41,365 nucleotides of DNA from a virus (lineage: Duplodnaviria > Caudoviricetes). Both the position numbers and the translations under genes were made by a program. Location: positions 1 through 41,365 of IMG/VR virus record IMGVR_UViG_3300017908_000157. One strand, 5' to 3'. The notes under the pieces are model-generated. The model searched no databases. It worked only from the letters and a program-made list of their open reading frames with translations, and had not been told where the DNA came from. This document shows, piece by piece, positions 18,051 through 26,277 of the stretch (positions are counted from its first letter, which is position 1; each line of letters opens with the position of its first letter).

Positions 18051-19622
18051 TTATCTTCGCCGCCTGCCTACGCGGATTGTTGGGCGTGTGGTTGTATGCG
18101 GTTTAATAAATGCCTCTTCTATTGCGTCTATCATAACATCAGTTTGGTCGTCGTGCTTGTGCGAGTCGTCATGGCTGAAGCTAGCAACTTCGCTTGTAAA
18201 CTCGTAATTATGCTCATCACCGTAAGGCAAGCAAACCTTTCTTGCTGCGTGGTGTGGAGCTGCATCCATGGCTCTTGTTAGCTTGTCGCGCTCACGCTGC
18301 ACCGCAACAACTGGGAACTTAACTCTCGACTTGGTTTCTTGTATAAGCCCTGTGCCGCTAACTTTATCCTCAACAAGCGCATATCTAACATTGCCAAGTT
18401 GCCCACCGTTTTTGGCGTGTGAGGCATTACAGAAAGATTCAAACTCTTGCCGCAATCTCTTTGCCTCCATCTTTCCGCGCAGGTAGTTTAATCGGTATAA
18501 CTTGCCATCATAAACGCCCCATTCAGAAAATACAGTCCAGTCGTTCCACTCGTTTGTCTTTTGCGCCGTATCTACTGTTATGAATCTATACTCATAATGC
18601 TGAGGTGTTGCTAAATCTGCGCTTTCATCGTCACCATAATACATAAAGTCGTCTGCGCTAAATATGCCGCCGCCTAGCGTGTCGGGGTCTTGCATGTACT
18701 GACTGGTAAATGTGTATGGATTAGCATCTCTTAGATCTAACAGGTCTTTCAGTGACTCCTTGGCTGGCCAGTAAGACCATTGACCGTTAACGGGGTCGTG
18801 GTTACACACGTCGCGCCTGCACCTTTCCTGCAATTCTTTTGTTGGCAGAGACTGGATATACTGCTCATCAATTAATGCGGGTATCTTTATGTGCGAGTCG
18901 ATAGTCAAGCCCATGCCGCCAGACAACAAGAAAGCCGTTGAATCATCAATGTGCCCTCTTTGCTGAATAAATGCGAATGGAGTCCAATGGCCAGCTCTAC
19001 GCGAGCGAAGAGTATTAATCAATCGGGTGTGTGATTTCTTGCGCTTAGCGTCACTAAATAGGTCGTCCATTTTGTCCCAGTCGTCAGCGGTTATGTATCC
19101 GCTAAAGCCGTCAGACATATAACCACCGCGAACACCTGTTATCTGTCCACCCGATGGCCTACTGAATATTTGGTGTATGCGTTTTCCGTCTCGCTCAATA
19201 GTCCAATCGTCTACCTTATCCTTGCCAACCTCAAACGGGTAAAACTCTTGAAACTCTGCCGCTTTCACTAAGTCCCTTGAACGTGAGCTATTCTCATTAA
19301 CAAGGTCTTTTGAATATGAAGTGTTAAGTATCCTAACTCGTGGGTACTTGACCATGGCGTACACAGGCAAGTGAATAGACCAAAATTCTGTTTTGGAGCC
19401 GCCAGGTGGGATATTGATTATATTATTCTGAGATTCATCGTTAAGCATTCTCTCAGCTATATAATTGTAATAGTGGTGATGCCAGTTTGCTTTAAATGAA
19501 TCCATTTGCGTTATGTTGAACCATAACGATGTGAAAGCTAGCGGGGATTGCTCGCCCGCCGCCGCCAATGCTACTTTTTCTCGTAGGGATAGAGATTCCC
19601 AGTTGATAGGTGGTAAGGCCAC
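18051..19622 (-). CDS. terL: Terminase large subunit
   Basis: NIPPGGSKT Walker A; VDTAQK and HDDQTD nuclease motifs. Confidence 0.95.
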   Translation of the reverse strand: MALPPINWESLSLREKVALAAAGEQSPLAFTSLWFNITQMDSFKANWHHHYYNYIAERMLNDESQNNIINIPPGGSKTEFWSIHLPVYAMVKYPRVRILNTSYSKDLVNENSSRSRDLVKAAEFQEFYPFEVGKDKVDDWTIERDGKRIHQIFSRPSGGQITGVRGGYMSDGFSGYITADDWDKMDDLFSDAKRKKSHTRLINTLRSRRAGHWTPFAFIQQRGHIDDSTAFLLSGGMGLTIDSHIKIPALIDEQYIQSLPTKELQERCRRDVCNHDPVNGQWSYWPAKESLKDLLDLRDANPYTFTSQYMQDPDTLGGGIFSADDFMYYGDDESADLATPQHYEYRFITVDTAQKTNEWNDWTVFSEWGVYDGKLYRLNYLRGKMEAKRLRQEFESFCNASHAKNGGQLGNVRYALVEDKVSGTGLIQETKSRVKFPVVAVQRERDKLTRAMDAAPHHAARKVCLPYGDEHNYEFTSEVASFSHDDSHKHDDQTDVMIDAIEEAFIKPHTTTRPTIRVGRRRR

Positions 19623-19623
19623 A

Positions 19624-20076
19624 TCAGTCCGTTAGCTTATCTACTAATGATTTGACTATATCACTATCTACCGACTTAGGCGATAAACTCCCATCACTCG
19701 ACTGATGGTCTAAACTCTGCTTATCCTCGTAACCGAAGTTAGCTTTAAGTATGTGCCACTGTCCGGGTGAGTAGGTATCTTTATTAACCACCTTCTTGTT
19801 AAGCCATGCCTCTATGAATAGCGTTGCTCTATTTGCTTCATGCGCGTATTCAGGGTCTTTTCTGTAATCGAATATAGACTGCTTAGAAGAAAAACCCAAA
19901 TGAAAAGCAAGACCAGCAATACTAGGCGCTTCATCTTGTGCCTTACACTCGTCAAAGTATTCCTCAGACTTCTCTTTAAACTGCTCTGGTGAAAGCATCT
20001 TCTTTCTTCCTCTGCGCTTGCCATTGTGGGTAACTTCAACCGTACCCACTCTGCAAGTCTTGCTGCCTGATTTCAT
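19624..20076 (-). CDS. terS: Terminase small subunit
   Basis: EYFDEC...PSIAGLAFHLG motif, directly upstream of TerL. Confidence 0.85.
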   Translation of the reverse strand: MKSGSKTCRVGTVEVTHNGKRRGRKKMLSPEQFKEKSEEYFDECKAQDEAPSIAGLAFHLGFSSKQSIFDYRKDPEYAHEANRATLFIEAWLNKKVVNKDTYSPGQWHILKANFGYEDKQSLDHQSSDGSLSPKSVDSDIVKSLVDKLTD

Positions 20077-20300
20077 ATAGAAACCACCTTGTACCGACCT
20101 TTACGCTTATACCTCAAAGTATGCACACCAAGTAAGCGCATGTCGTGAACGAATTTACGAGCCTGCTTTGGGCTTATGGGTTGACATAAACCGTTAATCG
20201 TAGCCTCACCGCCGTAAAATGTCACCGTTGTAAATGATTCGTATGTACCGCACTTCTCACCGAACCGATAGAGGCTAACTATCGGTGTGAACATTAGCAC
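20073..20300 (-). CDS. Hypothetical protein
   Basis: Overlaps both neighbours. Confidence 0.6.
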   Translation of the reverse strand: MLMFTPIVSLYRFGEKCGTYESFTTVTFYGGEATINGLCQPISPKQARKFVHDMRLLGVHTLRYKRKGRYKVVSI

Positions 20301-20563
20301 TCCACTATGGTTAATACGCCAGTATCACAGTCTGAGCGTGTTGCGGTTTGCCAAGACCAGTGTACTTCATGACGGCCAACAGTCTTGCCCTCAAAATAAG
20401 CCTGTAAGACGTTATCGCTAGAAGTGGGTAGCGTAACGGTCGCACCTTCGCAAGTGACCGTTAATCCAGTTATAGGCTCACCATTAAGCCACCCGCTATC
20501 AATGGTGTATGTGTAATTGCCAACTTTTCCGACTGGCAACGGTTTTTCATAAAGTTGGCTCAT
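20294..20563 (-). CDS. Small beta-rich virion protein (fibre adaptor-like)
   Basis: YTIDSGWLNGEPI motif; part of appendage module. Confidence 0.55.
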   Translation of the reverse strand: MSQLYEKPLPVGKVGNYTYTIDSGWLNGEPITGLTVTCEGATVTLPTSSDNVLQAYFEGKTVGRHEVHWSWQTATRSDCDTGVLTIVEC

Positions 20564-20570
20564 ACTTCAC

Positions 20571-20909
20571 CTATGCGAATGTAATGGCTAAACTGTTAAC
20601 GCTCGACGTTTCACCGCTAATGTAGTTGGTGGTTGAAACAATAACGTCAGCGCCACTTGTACCAAGCGTTAAATCGTACTCGGTAGAGCCATCGATTAGT
20701 TTTGCGTTATCCGCCGTGCCCGTTGCGTCAATCGTATCATCTGCAATCGCGTTGGCTGTCACCGTGCCATTAGATGCTGCGCCGAAACCCGCTAACGTAT
20801 GCGTTGCGAGCACAGTAGACCCCTCGCGAATCTCAAGTGTTGCATCTGCGTAGCGTGTCGCTAAGTCGTTAGCTAATGCGTTTAATTCTGCTGTGTTTGG
20901 TGTTGCCAT
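20571..20909 (-). CDS. Ala/Thr-rich virion structural protein
   Basis: Composition; ATGTA and GTSGAD motifs. Confidence 0.6.
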   Translation of the reverse strand: MATPNTAELNALANDLATRYADATLEIREGSTVLATHTLAGFGAASNGTVTANAIADDTIDATGTADNAKLIDGSTEYDLTLGTSGADVIVSTTNYISGETSSVNSLAITFA

Positions 20910-20913
20910 TTTG

Positions 20914-22242
20914 TCACCCGTTTATGTTGTTTGATAGTATCGGCGCGTTGATATTGTTTGACAATACGCGCTGGTTAATGTTCGTTTCTTTATCGACTAT
21001 TATCGCAATTCCACCAACAATAGCAACTATGCTAACGCTAGGTGTTGAAATGGTGTAGCTTACTGTTGATTCTGGTTGCGGCAATGTCGCTGTTGCTTCT
21101 GCGCTGAATGTTGGCGCAGGTACCGTGTAGTTAACATCTGCAACGTAGCCCGTCAGTGTCGCCGATGCGTCAACACTGAATTGAGGTGCTGCGATTGTAT
21201 AGCTGACATCTGCGATTGGTTGAGGTAATGAAGCCTTAGCACTAGCGTTAAACGCTGGCGCTGCAATACTGTAATCCACGGTAGCCGTTGGTTGTGACAG
21301 TGTCACATTAGCCGATGCGCTAAATGTTGGCGCATTTACAGTGTAAGCAACTGACGCACTAAAGCCTGGTATTGTGGCGCTCGCTTCTGCGTTAAATGAC
21401 GGCGCGTTAACCGTGAAATCAATATCGCCTATCGGTTGCGGCAAGTTGGCCGTTGCGTTGGCTGTAAAGCTTGGTGTATTGACAACAAAAGACACATCGA
21501 TAATCGGTTGTGGCAACGTCGCGCTACCATTGACGCTAAAGCTTGGCGCGTTAATCGTAAAACTTGCGCCTGCGCTTGGTTGTGGCTGCCATGCATCAGC
21601 GCTAGCCGTGAATGTCGGAGCGCTTATTGTGTAGTTTACATCTGCGCTTACTGGGTTAAATATACCATCATCAACCTCAAAATCATATACGCGCAGATTG
21701 CCGTCAGTATATAACGCATGGTAAAAACCAGCGTAATTACCTGTTGTTATTTCCGAGTCAGTGACAGAAATCACTTCTACACCGTCAACTTTTGCGGCAA
21801 TAGTGCTGCCAATCGCGCTTAACTCAAATTCGTTACTTTGCGATGCGTTGAAACTGACCTGTACTGATGCCAGCAGGCTTGCAGAGCCGTTGATGCGCTT
21901 AAATAGAAAAAGATTATCCTGACCGCTAACTGCTTGGCGCATATTTAACGAGTAGTTTGTGCCTGCTGTGCCGCGCTGATTGTCAGACCTAGCAACCAAC
22001 TGAAACCTGTTATCTGCCCCGCCTGCGTTTATTGTTGCTGTGACAATCTGGTCACTTTGCCCAGTATCTATCCAAGCTGAGTCCCCAGTTGCTGCAAACT
22101 TTACAGCCCCACTTCCATCCAATTCTACAAGATTTGGATCGTCCTGATTCCACCCAGTGCCAACAATATCAATATCTGGCGCATGGTCCGCTATATCAGT
22201 GCCGTTAGCTCCATTGAAATCATCAAAAACTAAAATGGCCAT
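20914..22242 (-). CDS. Fibre-like virion protein: N-terminal lectin-like beta domain plus about 9 x 24-aa repeats
   Basis: Repeats of the type PxADVxYTxxAPxFxASAxATLPQ. Confidence 0.65.
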   Translation of the reverse strand: MAILVFDDFNGANGTDIADHAPDIDIVGTGWNQDDPNLVELDGSGAVKFAATGDSAWIDTGQSDQIVTATINAGGADNRFQLVARSDNQRGTAGTNYSLNMRQAVSGQDNLFLFKRINGSASLLASVQVSFNASQSNEFELSAIGSTIAAKVDGVEVISVTDSEITTGNYAGFYHALYTDGNLRVYDFEVDDGIFNPVSADVNYTISAPTFTASADAWQPQPSAGASFTINAPSFSVNGSATLPQPIIDVSFVVNTPSFTANATANLPQPIGDIDFTVNAPSFNAEASATIPGFSASVAYTVNAPTFSASANVTLSQPTATVDYSIAAPAFNASAKASLPQPIADVSYTIAAPQFSVDASATLTGYVADVNYTVPAPTFSAEATATLPQPESTVSYTISTPSVSIVAIVGGIAIIVDKETNINQRVLSNNINAPILSNNING

Positions 22243-22820
22243 TACATAACGCCATATAAATCATCAATGTGATGCGTTTGGTTTGATGACGCTCTAACCA
22301 AGTAATCTCCTGATTTTGACAACTCTGGCGCAGTTCCTACATGCTTTTTCACACCTTGAACATAAATATACAAGTGCGGCCTATGTGCTTCTACGTCTTG
22401 TGTTAGCGTGATTTTAATCCAGCCGTTAAAAGGTGTAACTTCTTTCTGTGTGATCGGCAAACCCTTTGCGCGTTTGAAGTCGTATTCTGTGGCGTTGGCG
22501 TGTGGGCATATCGTGAAGTTGGCGTAACTCAAGCAGTCATCAGCAAACGACTGATTGACAGCGTCAATGCTTACCATGTGAGCAAGTAACTGCTGGTTAC
22601 CTTGCCCAACAGGATGACTAGACATAACGTTAAACTCTTGAACGCCGCTTGAAACTGCAAGCCAGAATCCTTTAGCGCTTTCATCTGTTGCAGCCTGTAA
22701 GGATGTTATGCACTGGTTTTTAGTCAAGAAAACAACAATCATGTCGTGGCTAATCATGCGCCCTTTCTGCTCTGTGTATTCCTTAGATTCTTGAAGTGTA
22801 TCGAATTGACTTAACAGCAT
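22242..22820 (-). CDS. Hypothetical protein, first gene of late operon
   Basis: GAGGA RBS; TAATG coupling with next gene. Confidence 0.7.
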   Translation of the reverse strand: MLLSQFDTLQESKEYTEQKGRMISHDMIVVFLTKNQCITSLQAATDESAKGFWLAVSSGVQEFNVMSSHPVGQGNQQLLAHMVSIDAVNQSFADDCLSYANFTICPHANATEYDFKRAKGLPITQKEVTPFNGWIKITLTQDVEAHRPHLYIYVQGVKKHVGTAPELSKSGDYLVRASSNQTHHIDDLYGVM

Positions 22821-22868
22821 GATTATTCCTCGCGTATGTATTGACTTAGTATACGCTTTGTTCAGGCG

Positions 22869-22897
22869 AAAAAAAAGCCTGCGGGAGATGCAGGCTT
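22869..22897 (-). terminator. Intrinsic terminator separating early and late leftward units
   Basis: AAGCCTGC-atctccc-GCAGGCTT with a run of 8 T. Confidence 0.9.
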
Positions 22898-22932
22898 AAA
22901 GGGAGATTGTGAAAGTGTGATTGATTGGTCAC
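22869..22932 (-). ncRNA. Candidate anti-Shine-Dalgarno sRNA (~65 nt)
   Basis: TTGACT-N17-AATGAT promoter (22967-22939), CAAUCUCCC seed, terminator with AUCUCCC loop. Confidence 0.5.
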
Positions 22933-22935
22933 GGG

Positions 22936-23118
22936 TTAATCATTACACGGCACATACTTTAAGTCAAACGGGTATTTCGTGTTTAACGCATCAATGTTGT
23001 GCGTTTGCTTCATGTGTTGCGCGAATGCGTTTATAGCTTCGTGCGTTGTATTGGCAGATTTAAACACTTTGTAATGCTTTCTGTCTTGGTGCATGTATGC
23101 GAATTGAGGGGCTAGCAT
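22936..23118 (-). CDS. Hypothetical protein
   Basis: ORF track; AGGA RBS. Confidence 0.6.
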   Translation of the reverse strand: MLAPQFAYMHQDRKHYKVFKSANTTHEAINAFAQHMKQTHNIDALNTKYPFDLKYVPCND

Positions 23119-23243
23119 TTGCGTTTCCTAACCATCAACTTCAACAACTCAAATCCACCAAAAACAATGCCGCAACTTCCCACCGTTAAAAACACAAGCA
23201 TTGATAAGTGATATAGCAACCCTGTTTGTATAAATCCGTACAT
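23112..23243 (-). CDS. 43-aa single-TM protein (MYGFIQTGLL...RKRKC)
   Basis: AAGGAG RBS, TGATG coupling. Confidence 0.6.
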   Translation of the reverse strand: MYGFIQTGLLYHLSMLVFLTVGSCGIVFGGFELLKLMVRKRKC

Positions 23244-23599
23244 CAGTCTTGCTCCTTGCGCAGACTCAGCTCATGCTCTTCACGCGCCAAGGAAATTATA
23301 TTCTTTGCCGTTGGTTTGAATTTACCAGTGTCTGGCCAATTCTCACCATCCCAGTCTAAAGTGAAGCGATTGCAAAACATCCACGACTGCATAAACCAGT
23401 CATACAGGCTGTGAGCATCCTCGCCCTCACCCCAATAGCTCAACCCACCTCCAACCATAAGACAGCCTGTAACGCTACTTCCTTTTGAATCTGCGTAATC
23501 AGTTGGACACTCATTATTCTGCCACACATCGTAAAACTGGCTCGGGGCAACCTCAAAAAGTCGCTTACTGACTTTTTTCTCTATTCTTGGGTTCATCAC
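23243..23599 (-). CDS. Hypothetical protein
   Basis: ORF track; AAGGAG RBS. Confidence 0.75.
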   Translation of the reverse strand: MMNPRIEKKVSKRLFEVAPSQFYDVWQNNECPTDYADSKGSSVTGCLMVGGGLSYWGEGEDAHSLYDWFMQSWMFCNRFTLDWDGENWPDTGKFKPTAKNIISLAREEHELSLRKEQD

Positions 23600-23946
23600 T
23601 CTTGCTCCTTGCGTAGTTGTTCAATGCTGGTTGTCTCAATCCTATGCTCGTGACTTTTGAGCATGTAGAGAGGTATATAGCAATTGCCGTCGGTGTTAGG
23701 GTAAAAAGACCCTTCCTCTACTTTTGCGTATTTAATTTGAGAGCCGTTAGTAAAACCAACATGCAACAACTCTTTAGTCGCAAGCTCTTCCTCCAACTCC
23801 TTCACACGCTCATTAGCCTTTGCTAGTTGTGTGCGTAGGGTTTCGATTTCACTTCTAGCATTACCGAATAAATCAGCCAAAGCTACCGCACCCTGCCTTC
23901 TGTGCAATCTGGCTTGCACTCTCAACATATCTTGTAAATCATCCAC
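23596..23946 (-). CDS. Hypothetical coiled-coil protein
   Basis: GGAGATTG RBS + GTG. Confidence 0.75.
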   Translation of the reverse strand: MDDLQDMLRVQARLHRRQGAVALADLFGNARSEIETLRTQLAKANERVKELEEELATKELLHVGFTNGSQIKYAKVEEGSFYPNTDGNCYIPLYMLKSHEHRIETTSIEQLRKEQE

Positions 23947-23964
23947 TTCCCAATCTCCTTTGTT

Positions 23965-24092
23965 CGCTTTGGTGAATGACTGACCGATACCACACTGACC
24001 AAGCTCATTACCCTATTTGCTATGCTTTCGGGCGCTTCTTGCGTTACATCCCTTGTAGCCATTCCCAAAACGCCCTATTGCTAGGGACGTTT
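23965..24092 (-). ncRNA. Structured ~130-nt leader RNA
   Basis: GCAA-tetraloop hairpin plus long-range and nested stems with G-U pairs; no ORF. Confidence 0.45.
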
Positions 24093-24094
24093 AA

Positions 24095-24135
24095 ACATTA
24101 CACCGTAACCCATAACTTAACAACTCTGACCAGTT
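24095..24135 (-). promoter_or_regulatory. FadR-like box promoter, class A
   Basis: AACTGGTCAGAGTTGTT-A-N17-TAATGT. Confidence 0.75.
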
Positions 24136-24356
24136 AAACTTCCGCTCGTTAACGGCATCAATGCAAACGCTCTAGCATAAGCGCCACCCTGTTTGATTTT
24201 GTTGCGGCGTATCGTTTCGCTGATAATCGAATGCTTGCGCGCTGCTCTTGAAATATCGCGCGACGTTAAGCCCAGGTGTTGAGCTGTTTTCTCACTACTC
24301 GTTAGATGCACGTTTTTAAATACTGCATCGTAAATTCGTTTTGCTGTTTTATCCAT
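24117..24356 (-). CDS. Hypothetical HTH-like protein
   Basis: Likely start MDKTAKRIY overlapping ninH stop; TAQHLGLTSRDIS. Confidence 0.55.
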   Translation of the reverse strand: MDKTAKRIYDAVFKNVHLTSSEKTAQHLGLTSRDISRAARKHSIISETIRRNKIKQGGAYARAFALMPLTSGSLTGQSC

Positions 24357-24537
24357 TGCCGTACTGCTCGCTGATGTTTGCAAATAAATGATATTTCCCG
24401 TCACGCTCGATAACCATGTGCTCAACTTTCAACTTCATGTATCGAGTTAACGTACCGCGCTGTATGCGTAACATGCGGGCAACCTTTGATTGATTGCCGC
24501 GTGTCATTACTAATAGGTCTGATATTGTTAGCATCAC
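24349..24537 (-). CDS. ninH: NinH-like (Fis-like HTH) protein
   Basis: TISDLLVMTRGNQSKVARMLRIQRGTL resembles lambda NinH. Confidence 0.75.
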   Translation of the reverse strand: MMLTISDLLVMTRGNQSKVARMLRIQRGTLTRYMKLKVEHMVIERDGKYHLFANISEQYGNG

Positions 24538-24791
24538 AACCCAGCCTCATTCTCAAGTTTTGTTCTGTATGCTTCGTGGAGTAGCGCCCTAGCCGTGCCA
24601 GTAAATAAATCGTTATTTACATCATTGGCTATCGTGATTGAGTCATCGAGTAACATTTCAACAATTATTTCCATTTGTTTTTTGTCGGTGGCCATAGCCT
24701 CAATCACATCGTAATACTTAATCGGCAACCCGTTATCATCACCCTCACGCAGCCTATCAACCGCCTCGGCTAGTTCTTGTTCGTTTATCAT
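24534..24791 (-). CDS. Hypothetical acidic protein
   Basis: GGAG RBS before MINEQEL. Confidence 0.65.
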   Translation of the reverse strand: MINEQELAEAVDRLREGDDNGLPIKYYDVIEAMATDKKQMEIIVEMLLDDSITIANDVNNDLFTGTARALLHEAYRTKLENEAGL

Positions 24792-24964
24792 TGTTCTTCT
24801 CCGTAGATTTCGAATGCTGTTACTTTCTCTGTCGCGCATCTAAGCTCGTCAACGCTCAATGCAACACCTTCGCCAGATTCGCCTTCAACGCAAACCTTCA
24901 CATCCAAATCACCATGCTTAGCGATAAGCTTAACCAAATCTCGTACTAGTATTGTTGCTTTCAC
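24788..24964 (-). CDS. 58-aa hypothetical protein (MKATILVRDL...)
   Basis: GAGGAG RBS; GTGA and ATGA overlaps on both sides. Confidence 0.65.
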   Translation of the reverse strand: MKATILVRDLVKLIAKHGDLDVKVCVEGESGEGVALSVDELRCATEKVTAFEIYGEEQ

Positions 24965-25170
24965 TTTGCTAACTCCTCTAGTAATACATCAGCAATATTT
25001 ATTGCGTCAGAGGCTATATTTTTAAAATGCTCCGGCGTCATTGGCTCGCAGTTGGGGTTTGCCATTATTCCCTGCATAGCCATAGCTGCAAAGTATTCGC
25101 GCTTGGTTAATCCCCATTGTGGTTCGTATTGTTCGTAATAGTTATTTGGATATACTGCATCGTCTTTCAC
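24961..25170 (-). CDS. Conserved phage hypothetical protein
   Basis: GLTKREYFAAMAMQG motif; GGAGATTG RBS. Confidence 0.8.
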   Translation of the reverse strand: MKDDAVYPNNYYEQYEPQWGLTKREYFAAMAMQGIMANPNCEPMTPEHFKNIASDAINIADVLLEELAK

Positions 25171-25198
25171 TTTTCAATCTCCTTTAAAAACTAAGCGC

Positions 25199-25238
25199 AC
25201 CTTAACACCGATTATGCGCTTAACAGATTAGACCAGTT
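25199..25238 (-). promoter_or_regulatory. FadR-like box promoter, class B
   Basis: AACTGGTCTAATCTGTT-A-N16-TAAGGT. Confidence 0.75.
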
Positions 25239-25752
25239 AGATTATGTCGTAGTCGTGATTCAACGTGTCTATACCATACTGGGCATTGTAGAACTCACCA
25301 CTGTTTAGCCTATCCCACGCCTCAGCCTTACTCATAGTCGGCTTGATGGGTTTTAGTGAGTCCGTAGGCACAAGCTTATTAAGCCCTTCACCTTTAACCC
25401 ATGACATATAATCATCCGTAAAAACAACAATACACTTGCGACCATTCCACTTATGCGTCCACTTCTCGCCCTCTTGCTTAGCCTCTTGCTCTTTCACATA
25501 AGCTTCGAATTCGGCGCGGGTGCATATGACTTTTCTTGATGTGTACTCTTCTGTGCTGTATAGGAATTTATCATCAAAAACTATTACGTCTAATCCATCA
25601 TACTTCCATCGACCACCAGCCCACGCATAAGCATCAGCAACGGTTTTCTTTGTCGTCACATGCTCCAGGTATCGCTCACACTTGTCGCTCTGTCCGACAT
25701 ATTCTGCAAACTCTCTAACCGCAGCCCTTGCGTTATCATTCCAATCAATCAT
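25237..25752 (-). CDS. Hypothetical protein
   Basis: ORF track; GGAG RBS. Confidence 0.75.
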   Translation of the reverse strand: MIDWNDNARAAVREFAEYVGQSDKCERYLEHVTTKKTVADAYAWAGGRWKYDGLDVIVFDDKFLYSTEEYTSRKVICTRAEFEAYVKEQEAKQEGEKWTHKWNGRKCIVVFTDDYMSWVKGEGLNKLVPTDSLKPIKPTMSKAEAWDRLNSGEFYNAQYGIDTLNHDYDII

Positions 25753-25921
25753 TTGTTTTGTTCTCCAATTGCATTAACTCATCCCATGCCTTTTCGTGCT
25801 CACTTGACATCCTTGCCTTAGTGAACGCTATCTTAGCTATTTTCCTCAACCTCTCATTCTCCCTCACCAAATCAATCCAATCCTGTGGCGTTGGTGCTGT
25901 TGCTTTGATTTCTTTAGTCAT
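25745..25921 (-). CDS. Hypothetical protein
   Basis: GGAGG RBS before MTKEIK. Confidence 0.6.
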   Translation of the reverse strand: MTKEIKATAPTPQDWIDLVRENERLRKIAKIAFTKARMSSEHEKAWDELMQLENKTND

Positions 25922-26120
25922 AACCTGACACCTCCCCATCTTCATAAGTCCATCCTACGACGTGAGAATGCTCCCATACATAACCGATTATCTTGAATGT
26001 TACGCCTAGCTCACCGTAAAAAGCTTGTGTTCTGTATATCCGGCCTTCGTCGTCAATTGTCCTTACTGTCTCACCGTGCTTTGGTAGTCCGTCGCCTGGT
26101 TTAATCCAATTATCACTCAC
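25914..26120 (-). CDS. DUF551-like protein
   Basis: WIKPGDGLP...VVGW; GGAGATTG RBS. Confidence 0.6.
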   Translation of the reverse strand: MSDNWIKPGDGLPKHGETVRTIDDEGRIYRTQAFYGELGVTFKIIGYVWEHSHVVGWTYEDGEVSGYD

Positions 26121-26277
26121 TTCTCAATCTCCTCTTGTTTATTGGTTAACTATACCAACCCATCGATAAAAACAAATGTCGCTCACCGCATCTTCAATCA
26201 AAAAATCTTATCGTAACCATAAATTTCTTTAATGGGTAAGCATATTTTGCATACAAAGTAAAGTAACTATTTGATTT

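Noticed and set aside
22901-22920. Plus-strand gene starting at GGGAGATTGTG
   Set aside because: Reads GTG AAA GTG TGA only; no ORF follows.
26145-26195. Possible CRP or FadR site at the promoter with TATAGT -10
   Set aside because: Half-site spacing does not fit TGTGA-N6-TCACA and CTGGTC is absent; the upstream element remains unexplained.
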